A stretch of DNA of 64,000 nt from Candidatus Hermodarchaeota archaeon (GTDB lineage Archaea; Asgardarchaeota; Lokiarchaeia; Sigyniarchaeales; SOKP01), in the NCBI GenBank assembly GCA_048885925.1, contig JBHLLG010000002.1:1-64000 (forward strand), written 5' to 3'. The position numbers and the translations under genes were made by a program. How positions within the stretch are numbered: position 1 is the stretch's first letter; every line of letters begins with the position of its first letter. Below are positions 51,521-60,136 of the stretch, piece after piece. The notes beneath the pieces were generated by a model. That model did not search any database, was not told where the DNA came from, and was given only the letters and a program-made list of their open reading frames with translations.

Positions 51521-52411
51521 TTAGATATCAAGAAAATTTTCATCAAGAAAATCTCTAAACATTTTTTTTTGCTCTTTTTCTTCAATTATTGGTCTTGTGC
51601 TAATCGGCTCTCCCGCTTCTTGAAGGATATCTTTTAAAATATCAATTTTAACATTAATTTTAAACACACCGTCTCTTAGAAATCTTACAATTTGCTTATT
51701 ATTTACATTTAATCTTAGAAGATAACCAAGACCAAAATAAAATTGATGTTCAGGGATAGGATCAATTGGTGATTTACTTGTTACTTCTTTTAAGATATCA
51801 TATAATAATGCTTTTGATGCTGTGTGATCTTCAACATTAAAAACCAAATAATATAGTGCATGATACCAGATCTTTTCGCGTTTGTTTTTAACATAATCTA
51901 AAAACAATTCTGGAGTAACTATTTCCTCTTCTTCTTCCTCTTTTCTTTTTAGGAGTTCTTCTTTAATTCGTTGCTCAAGTTCACTTGAAACTTCCGGAAT
52001 TGATAGAATTTTACCTTCTTGTTCACCTGATATTTCAAAATCCTCATGTTTTACTGTTTCGATAGCTTCTTTCATATCTCTTAATTCATCAAAGTCAATT
52101 TCGTCAAGATCTGAAAAATCTGAAATCAGTTCCTCTTTAATTTCTTTTTGTTTTTCGAGTTCGTTAAAAGCTTTTTTTTGTGGCAAAATTTCATTCTTCA
52201 ATAGTTTATCTTCAGGTAATACTACACCTTCCTTGACCTTTTCAATGGCTTCTTGAATTTCTTGAAGTTCCTCGAAATCTAAATCTTCTAAATCAGAAAA
52301 ATCAGTTTCAAGTGCTTTCATTTCGCTAAGATAGACTTGCAAATCATCTCCTTCTACTTCTTCCTCAAAATCATCCCTTTTATCATCATTTTCTTCTTCG
52401 TTTTCATTCAT
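51521..52411 (-). CDS. Acidic hypothetical protein with two internal 25-aa repeats
   Basis: TDFSDLEDLDFEELQEIQEAIEKVK and SDFSDLDEIDFDELRDMKEAIETVK. Confidence 0.75.
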   Translation of the reverse strand: MNENEEENDDKRDDFEEEVEGDDLQVYLSEMKALETDFSDLEDLDFEELQEIQEAIEKVKEGVVLPEDKLLKNEILPQKKAFNELEKQKEIKEELISDFSDLDEIDFDELRDMKEAIETVKHEDFEISGEQEGKILSIPEVSSELEQRIKEELLKRKEEEEEEIVTPELFLDYVKNKREKIWYHALYYLVFNVEDHTASKALLYDILKEVTSKSPIDPIPEHQFYFGLGYLLRLNVNNKQIVRFLRDGVFKINVKIDILKDILQEAGEPISTRPIIEEKEQKKMFRDFLDENFLDI

Positions 52412-52535
52412 AATATCTTCTATTTTATTAACAAGCGTTTTATTCGATTCTGTTTATATTATAATTAGTTCTCTACTTCTTTAAATATTGATATTCGTAT
52501 AATTAAAATTATTCTAAATATTATTAGACTTTAAT

Positions 52536-53249
52536 ATGGAAAAAATTAACTTAACTAATATTAAAGGGATAATTTTTGATTTAGACGGTGTTATTTATGA
52601 TATTACTGAATCAATTAAGAAAGCTGTTGATGATGGAATTGAAAAATATCAGCTACACAATATTAATCGCGATGATGTTATGGAAGAAATCGCCCATTTA
52701 ATTGAAGAAATTCAGAATTATCCTGTACCTAAAATTCTTTTAAATTCTTATGAATTACTAAAAGTAAATTTCTTAGAAGGAATTAGCTTTTTCAAGAAAT
52801 TACGTATAGCAATTTTCCTATTTAATCAATTCAATAAATACAAAGAAGCAGAATCGACAATTTTTAAGGACGTTGATAAATTAATCTCAAAATTGGTTAA
52901 ACATGTAAAATTGGCAATATTAACGAACAATAAAAGTCAATATGCAGAAGAAGTCCTAGATAAATTTAATCTTACAGAATATTTTGAAACAATTATCGGT
53001 TTTAACGATGTAACAGAAGTAAAACCAAATCCTGAAGGTATTCTAAAAATCCTTGATAAGTGGAAATTGAAACCTTCAGAGGCAATTTTTATTGGAGATA
53101 TGACTACGGATATCGAAGCAGGTAAAGCTGCAAATGTTAAAATGATCTGTGTAGCAAGTGGACTTGCTCGAAAAGAGATCTTACTTAAACATCAACCAGA
53201 TATTTTGGTAGATAGTACTGACCAATTGATTAAGCTTTTCAATTTTTAA
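52536..53249 (+). CDS. HAD-IA hydrolase (phosphoglycolate phosphatase-like)
   Basis: FDLDGVI, LTNN, KPNPEG, IGDMTTDIEAGKAA. Confidence 0.9.
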   Translation: MEKINLTNIKGIIFDLDGVIYDITESIKKAVDDGIEKYQLHNINRDDVMEEIAHLIEEIQNYPVPKILLNSYELLKVNFLEGISFFKKLRIAIFLFNQFNKYKEAESTIFKDVDKLISKLVKHVKLAILTNNKSQYAEEVLDKFNLTEYFETIIGFNDVTEVKPNPEGILKILDKWKLKPSEAIFIGDMTTDIEAGKAANVKMICVASGLARKEILLKHQPDILVDSTDQLIKLFNF

Positions 53250-53428
53250 TTTACAAATATAAAAAAAATGATGATTTCTAAAAAGATTTTAATCATTAAG
53301 TCTAAAAAATAAGTTTTTATAAAGACTGAAATTCCTTTTAGAAAATAATATTATTGATTTAGCAAGGCTTAAAAAATCTTATTTATATTATTAGGAAAAT
53401 AATAAAAACTATATTTTTTATTTAAACG

Positions 53429-53983
53429 ATGAGTGATAAAGCGTTTGGATTTAAAATAGTTGTTGTAGGAGATGCTGCTGTTGGTAAAACTTCATTAATT
53501 AAAAGATATACCACAAATACATTTCAAAAAAATTACATATCTACATTAGGTATGCAATTTTCGAGATATGAAGAATTTGTAAATGAAGAAATGGTTGAAT
53601 TATTTTTATGGGATTTGGCAGGTCAAGAATCGTTCAACACTCTACGAGATAGATTTTATAAAGGAAGTAGTGGTGCAATTATAGTTTTTTCTCTTGCTCC
53701 TGATGAAATTGAAACATATCATCATATCGATAAATGGAGAACCCATATAAAAGATGGCTGTGGGAGTATACCTATAGTATTACTTGGTAACAAAGCAGAT
53801 TTAGTTGATCAAGATGCAATAGCTACAAGCCCAAATTATGAAACTTCAGATGTTTATGTGAATAAACTTGCCCAAGATCATAATATTATGAAATATTTTA
53901 GAACAAGTGCTTTAACAGGTCAAGGTGTCAAAGAAGCGTTTCAAACATTAGTATTTAAACTATATCAAAGAGCTACCATTTGA
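53429..53983 (+). CDS. Ras-superfamily small GTPase (tandem copy 1)
   Basis: GDAAVGKTS, YISTLG, WDLAGQE, NKAD, TSALTG. Confidence 0.93.
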   Translation: MSDKAFGFKIVVVGDAAVGKTSLIKRYTTNTFQKNYISTLGMQFSRYEEFVNEEMVELFLWDLAGQESFNTLRDRFYKGSSGAIIVFSLAPDEIETYHHIDKWRTHIKDGCGSIPIVLLGNKADLVDQDAIATSPNYETSDVYVNKLAQDHNIMKYFRTSALTGQGVKEAFQTLVFKLYQRATI

Positions 53984-54166
53984 ATTTCTTTTATATCCTG
54001 CTTTAAATAACTTTTTTGAAATATAGAGATATTATATTTCTTTTAATTTTAGATATTCGATTGGATTTATTAAAAGTTAATGATATATTGTTTTGTAAAA
54101 ATTTAAAATAATTAACTTTTACTATTTAAGAAAGGGACATTAAACTTAAATTAGTAATTCATTAAT

Positions 54167-54739
54167 ATGTGTGCCGAAGAGAAGGGCTACGGGTTCAAAA
54201 TTACAGTCATTGGAGATGGAGCGGTAGGAAAAACATCCCTAATTAAAAAATATACGCAGGGATCCTTTCGAGAAGAATATATCGCAACATTAGGCACGCA
54301 ATTTTCCAAATATGAAGAAAAAATTGATGGAGAAAAAGTTGAGTTGTTTTTATGGGATATTGCAGGACAAGATCAATTTCAAGCATTACGACAAAGGTTC
54401 TATATAGGGAGCAGTGGAGCTATCATCGTTTTTTCTCATGATCCAGCACAACTAAGATCTTATGAACATGTTCCTAAATGGCTTGATGATCTTAAAAAGC
54501 ATTGTGGAAATATACCAATAATTTTATTTGGAAATAAAATTGATTTGGTAGATGATGGAAAATTAGAATCAAATCCAAATATACCCACTTCAGATATAAA
54601 TGTTGAAACTTTTGCAAAAGAAAATAGATTTATTGGATATTATAAAACAAGTGCATTAACTGGTCAAGGAGTGACTGATGCCTTTGAAGTACTTGTTAAA
54701 AAACTATATATGATCGCTAAAATTTCAAGTTTTACTTAA
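54167..54739 (+). CDS. Ras-superfamily small GTPase (tandem copy 2)
   Basis: GDGAVGKTS, YIATLG, WDIAGQD, NKID, TSALTG. Confidence 0.93.
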   Translation: MCAEEKGYGFKITVIGDGAVGKTSLIKKYTQGSFREEYIATLGTQFSKYEEKIDGEKVELFLWDIAGQDQFQALRQRFYIGSSGAIIVFSHDPAQLRSYEHVPKWLDDLKKHCGNIPIILFGNKIDLVDDGKLESNPNIPTSDINVETFAKENRFIGYYKTSALTGQGVTDAFEVLVKKLYMIAKISSFT

Positions 54740-54786
54740 ACTACATCCAAAATTTCAATTATATTAAAAAAAGAAATTTAAAAAAA

Positions 54787-57069
54787 TTACGTACGTTTAT
54801 AGATAAATCTTTCCCAACTCTTCTTACTTGGCGCTTCTAATGGCATATTTTTACGCTTGCGAATATCCATAATGATACTTTCTTCTAATTGAGGAGGAAC
54901 TTTCTCAAATCCTAAAAATTCATATCCAAAAAATGCCCGTCCCGCTGTTGAGCCCCTAATATCGTCAGCAAGTCCTATAGTTTCTGCAGCAGGAATTTGA
55001 CCTTGAATTCTTACATATTCTCCCTCAGGAATAACGTTAGTAATTCGACCTCTTCTTCTAGTTATAATACTAGAAACTGATCCTTCTGTACCCTGTGGTG
55101 ATTTCACATCTATCTTCTGTATTGGCTCAAAAAGGTGTGGATTTGCATCCAACATAGCCAAGGATACAGCAGAGAAGAACATACCAGCAATCTGCCCATA
55201 TTGCGTATGTCTGGGGTCTTCATGGATTGTCATATCAGTAAAAACGACTTTGATTCCAGCAGCAGGTTCTTTTGCTAGGATACAATTGCCAAGCCAATCC
55301 CTAAATGCAGCACTTAAATATGATCTTACACGATCAAATCTCTGTAATCCTGAGGTACCATTTACAAGAACACTTCCATGATAGAGATCAACAATTCTTC
55401 TTGCTTCTTTAGCGTCCCATCCAGCTTCTTCTCTAAGAATTTGAGCTCGATCTTTCTCATTTTGCAGATCATTCACTTTACCGGTTTCTATCAAACGTTC
55501 AGTTTTTTCATCTAAGGGTTCTATATATAATAAAACACGATTATGCGTGTTTGCTGATTTAGTATAATAATCAGGACTTTTTTGAGTAATTTTTTCCCTA
55601 TATACGATTATTGGTTCTCCAATATTAATTTGCACTTGATTATTTATACGTTTTACTAAAATTTCTATCTGTAATGGGTCGATTCCAGATAAAATAAATT
55701 CTCCTGATTCTTGATCTCTTCTATATTCTGCTGTTGGATCTGCTTTTAACCATTTACTTACAACCTCATCCAGTTTATCTATATCATGTGGATCTTTTGG
55801 TTTAATGCTTCTCGAGACAACAGCTTCACATGCATAATGGATTTTTTCAAAGGCGGGTATTCTTTTCCTTTCTTCCTTATCTTTAGGGACATCATTTGCG
55901 TTAATAAAGGTTTCTCCTGATGGAGAAATGAATCCATACAATGCAAATAAATTGCCAGCAGGAACTTTAGGAATATCTAAAATATCTGTAATTTCCATCA
56001 CTCCAAGTCTTTTCACTCGAGTTTGTGAATCACTATTAACAAGATAAAGTGTATCACTTTGATCAAAGGTACCCGAAAAAACACGACCGATAAGTGTGGC
56101 CTGATAATTTCTTTTAGGATCAAGGAAAATCTTAGTAATCATACCATAAAGAGGTCCTTTAGGGTCGCTTTTAACAAGAGCTTGACCAAGTTCCGATTTT
56201 AAGTCACCTCCCCAAATGTGGGGAATTCTATACTTTGAAGCAGTAACTGGATCTGGTAAATGATCTACAATCATTCTTAGCATAGGTTCATCTAGAGGTA
56301 GATTGTCCCTTAACCACTGAATATCACCTTCATTATATTTAGCAAAAACATCTTGGGGTTTCAAACCTTTTTCCAATAAAATCTCGTAAGTAAAACCCCA
56401 ACCATGTTTTGCTGAACCAACTGCCACAGAATTTTTCGCAAAATCAATACTCCAATCTGAGCCTTCTGGTCTAACCTTCTTGATCAGATCATTTACTTCT
56501 CTAGTGATTTTATCAATCTTAGCAAAGGTTTGTTGTGGGGTTAATTTAAGCTCACTAATAAGGCGGTCAACTTTATTAATGAAAAGAACGGGTTTGCAGT
56601 ATTCCTCACCGACAGACAATCTAATATTAGTTTCTGTTTGTGTCATAACGCCCTCAAGAGCATCCACCAATATAATAGCACCATCACTGCCTCGAAGAGC
56701 TCTTGAGACCTCTCCGGTAAAACTGATATGACCGGGGGTATCATTGAGCTGAATAATATAAGATTCATCATCTTCTGGCTTTCTAGGGTCATTAAATGCA
56801 AGAAGAACTACACTTGTGAATATAGTAATGCCCCGTTCCTGCTCCTCGTCTTTCAGTAGATCAAGTAAATCTTAATCTAAATCTGAATCTGTCATTTGGA
56901 GCTGTCCGGCATCCTCGGGTCGCATGAGACCAGCTCTGCGTAGTAAGTAATCAGTAGCTGTAGTTTTGCCATGATCAATATGAGCTGTGATTGAAAACAA
57001 CCTTTTCTTTTTATATGAACCTTCTGTAACCAATTTTGCTATAGTCTCAGGGTTCTTTACTTTAACCAT
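54787..57069 (-). CDS. fusA: Translation elongation factor EF-2, split: join(57069-56881, 56850-54787), 750 aa after removal of a 30-nt insert
   Basis: Exon 1 (63 codons) has G1 AHIDHGKTT; the same frame continues after the insert with DEEQERGITIF...NDTPGHISFTGEVSRALRGSDGAIILVDA into ORF 54787-56670 (NKVD, domains II-V). Confidence 0.93.
56851..56880 (-). other. Putative bulge-helix-bulge/loop (EndA-type) mRNA intron in EF-2
   Basis: Sense sequence TCAG-AT^T-TAGATTAAG-ATTTA-CTTGATCTA-CTGA-AA^G: 4-bp central helix, two 3-nt bulges, 9-bp intron stem; canonical cuts excise exactly 30 nt containing the in-frame TAA. Confidence 0.82.
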
Positions 57070-57134
57070 TATAAGTTCACATCGTATAAATTATAGTTAG
57101 TTATTATGTTATAATTGAAGAAAAGAATACTGGA

Positions 57135-57155
57135 AATCATAAAAGTTTTATGATT
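57135..57155. promoter_or_regulatory. Perfect inverted repeat (operator-like) between divergent EF-2 and histidine kinase genes
   Basis: AATCATAAAA-G-TTTTATGATT, 10-bp arms with a 1-nt spacer. Confidence 0.5.
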
Positions 57156-57290
57156 CAAATATAAAGCCTCAGAAGTTATTATTAAACTCATTAATAAAAG
57201 AAAAGAAAGGAATTCATATTCATTTAAAATATCGTACTCTATTATAATTTTAATTAGTTAAAAAAAATAGCTAAGTTGAGGATTTAGATT

Positions 57291-58619
57291 TTGAGTGATT
57301 ATTTTACTATTAGACTTTCAATCACAGTAATGTTTATTTTTGCTGCTCTTGTTTTTACAGTGGTATGTTCTAAAAGACGTGATTTGATTTCTTGGCTTTT
57401 TGCTTATATAGCAGGTTCAATATCAGAAATTTTTAGACTAATATCTCAAGAAGATTATGATGTTCCTTATCTAATAGGTCTTGTTTTTTCTACTCTCACC
57501 TTATTGTTGATAATTTTTGCAGTATCTCGGGAATATTATCAGACGTTTTACCAATCTCTAAAAACGCAAGCACCTTCTACTGTTTTATTATTAATTATGC
57601 AACAATTTGTGTCAATCAGCTTACAAGTAATAATCGGGATCCTACTCTTTATAGCATTGTTTTTAATCTTAAGAATTTATTTGAAGAAGAAAACACCAAC
57701 ACATGCATTTTTATTTTTTATTTTAATTTGTGGCATTCTGAATTTAGTAGCTATTGCTTTAAGAGATGTGGGTATTAGTGGGGCAGAAGAATTTTACTTA
57801 TTTTCTTCGATAGTAATGGGTACAATTATGCTTTTGACTGGAATAGTTGCGCTAATTGAAGAAAGGTTAGTAAAATCTGAAAAGAAGCATCGGCTAGCAT
57901 ATAATAGAGCTGAATTTTATAAAGATTTGTTTGTTCATGATATTAATAATATTCTTCAAAATTTGCAATTTTCATTAGAAATTATTTCCCAAAACATTAA
58001 AATTTATGAGAATAAAGAAAATCTTGATGAGTTAATTAATATTGCAAAAGGTCAAGTAATTAGAGGCGCAGAATTGGGTTTAAATGTGAAAAAACTTTCT
58101 GATTTAGAGATAGGAGCAATTAAAAATGAAGCAATAGAGCTTTTTAATATATTAGAATGCGTTATAAGTGAGACTAAGAAAAAGTTTCCTGAAGAAGAAA
58201 TAGAGATTGAGATTGAAAGTATAACAAATAAGATTTTTGTTTTTGCTAATATACTTTTAAAAGATATTTTTAGAATCATATTGAATAATGCTATAAAATA
58301 TAATGAAAGTCCTGTTAAAGAAATCCTCATAAGAATTTCTAAGGAGACGCGAGATTTCGGCTCTAATATAAAATTGGAATTTATTGACAATGGTGTTGGA
58401 ATACCGGATGCTATGAAAAATGATATACTTCAGCCCGTCTATAAGAATATAAAAGATTTTAAGAGAATTGGATTAGGTTTACTTCTTGTGAATGAAGTAA
58501 TTAATAGTTTTTCTGGTAAAATTTGGGTAGAAGATAAAGTTATAGGTGATTATACAAAAGGTAGTAATATTGTTCTCTTAATCCCTGAAGCTTATGGAAT
58601 ATTAGATGTAGAAAGGTAA
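57291..58619 (+). CDS. Membrane-bound sensor histidine kinase
   Basis: About 6-7 TM helices; H-box FVHDINNILQ, N-box ILNNAIKY, G1 DNGVGIP, G2 GLGLLLV. Confidence 0.92.
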   Translation: MSDYFTIRLSITVMFIFAALVFTVVCSKRRDLISWLFAYIAGSISEIFRLISQEDYDVPYLIGLVFSTLTLLLIIFAVSREYYQTFYQSLKTQAPSTVLLLIMQQFVSISLQVIIGILLFIALFLILRIYLKKKTPTHAFLFFILICGILNLVAIALRDVGISGAEEFYLFSSIVMGTIMLLTGIVALIEERLVKSEKKHRLAYNRAEFYKDLFVHDINNILQNLQFSLEIISQNIKIYENKENLDELINIAKGQVIRGAELGLNVKKLSDLEIGAIKNEAIELFNILECVISETKKKFPEEEIEIEIESITNKIFVFANILLKDIFRIILNNAIKYNESPVKEILIRISKETRDFGSNIKLEFIDNGVGIPDAMKNDILQPVYKNIKDFKRIGLGLLLVNEVINSFSGKIWVEDKVIGDYTKGSNIVLLIPEAYGILDVER

Positions 58620-60059
58620 TATCATATTTTTTAGAACATATACTGCCTTTCTCCCGGATGATGTATGAGTTTTAAATGATATTGAAATATTTATAAATTG
58701 CAAATTATCAGCGATTCTATCTTTTATAAAATGCTTAATAAAATTCAAAAAATCAGTAAATTCTCTAGTGGTTTCTACCCAAAGGTAACCTTGTTTTTCA
58801 AAAAAATTTGGATTTTTCCTTTTAAAATTATCAACATGTTTTCTTTCTGTTAGAGGTGGTCCTTTACGAATATATGTTTGTGAGATTTGAGGGTGTTCAC
58901 AATAAATTACTAAAGAATATACATTCTTTTCATTTTCAAAATAGACTTCGAATATAATTTTACCAAAGCGTTCTATATGAGAAAATTCTTTTTCTCCATT
59001 GGTTTTAATGCTTTCTCCTAATGAATACAATTTATCTCTATTAATTGTGTAATGTATTTCCTTACTGGTAGTTTGCAATTCGACAATAAAGATATGTGAA
59101 AGGAGGGGGTCTTCCTTATAAGATAAAATTACTTCTGGAATAGGGAGAATTTTAAAAAATTCTATAGCAGGTTTTTTTAAAAATTCGCTAATTTGATAAT
59201 TACAAAATTTATAAGCTCTTTCAGAAATTGCCGAAGCAACATTACGATTTTTATCAATTGGATCAATGATAATGAGATAATCATCTTGAAAATGTAGAAT
59301 TTTCTTTAATTCTGATTCATTTCTCTGGTAAAAATCCAGAGGCTTTTTCTCTAAATTATGAAAATTTGTAAAAAGCTTTTGAATATTACCAAAATAGTAG
59401 ATCAATAGTTCAGCACTATAGCCAATAAAGCCTACTTTTCCAACTGCACTTGTATCACCATAACTGTGACAAGATTTAAAAAACTGTTTTAAAAGTCTTA
59501 CATCATCTTTTTGTTTATAGGTTAATTCATCTCTTATGAATCGTCCATGCCAAGGAGACCTATCGACTGCTGTTATTGGTCCGTTCTTTTCTATGAATTT
59601 TTTATCTAAATCAAAATATAAGACAATATCGATTTTAATTTTAATTCTATCGACAATATAATCAACTGTTACATAAGGATGTTCAGCATATAAAAGGCGA
59701 GGATTAGAAAATTCTTTTAAAGTCAATGATTTAAGAATCCAATTTTTACATAAATCCAAAAAGTCTTTTTTCGATTCTTTCTTTAACTTACTTTTACTTA
59801 AACCTTCATATTTTGACTTATATAAGTTATAATCTAAACCGATAAATAAATCGATATCAAAATCATTTTTTAACTGAGTTTTTTTAATTCCAGTTGATCC
59901 CTGTGGTTCAATTTTAGTATAGCTTATTTTTTTTTCTTTAGCCTTTTTATCTAGTAATAATTCCAATCGTGTTGTAATGTCATTGATTAGATTAATTTCT
60001 TGTGTTGTTGGTTTAATTTCCTTCAATACTTCAGTTAAAATATGGTCTATATTGGTCAT
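58602..60059 (-). CDS. cca: Archaeal (class I) CCA-adding tRNA nucleotidyltransferase
   Basis: QGS...DFDIDLF, YAEHPYV, TAVDRSPWH, DVRLLKQF, GFIGYSAELLI, IDPIDKNRNVASA, GPP. Confidence 0.93.
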   Translation of the reverse strand: MTNIDHILTEVLKEIKPTTQEINLINDITTRLELLLDKKAKEKKISYTKIEPQGSTGIKKTQLKNDFDIDLFIGLDYNLYKSKYEGLSKSKLKKESKKDFLDLCKNWILKSLTLKEFSNPRLLYAEHPYVTVDYIVDRIKIKIDIVLYFDLDKKFIEKNGPITAVDRSPWHGRFIRDELTYKQKDDVRLLKQFFKSCHSYGDTSAVGKVGFIGYSAELLIYYFGNIQKLFTNFHNLEKKPLDFYQRNESELKKILHFQDDYLIIIDPIDKNRNVASAISERAYKFCNYQISEFLKKPAIEFFKILPIPEVILSYKEDPLLSHIFIVELQTTSKEIHYTINRDKLYSLGESIKTNGEKEFSHIERFGKIIFEVYFENEKNVYSLVIYCEHPQISQTYIRKGPPLTERKHVDNFKRKNPNFFEKQGYLWVETTREFTDFLNFIKHFIKDRIADNLQFINISISFKTHTSSGRKAVYVLKNMILPFYI

Positions 60060-60136
60060 AAATAAATAATAAAAACTTTTTTTCAAAATCTCATAAAATT
60101 TTTAATGTTTCAATGTAATAAAATAACACTTTTTGA

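Noticed and set aside
54787-57069. EF-2 as a pseudogene, sequencing error or UAA read-through
   Set aside because: All GTPase motifs are intact with no other lesion. Fixing or reading through the stop alone would leave 10 extra residues in the conserved switch I region, whereas the BHB cut rule removes exactly those 30 nt. Not formally excluded without reads.
56872-57069. 65-aa ORF as an independent small protein
   Set aside because: It is the EF-2 N-terminus (G1 box), in frame with the remainder.
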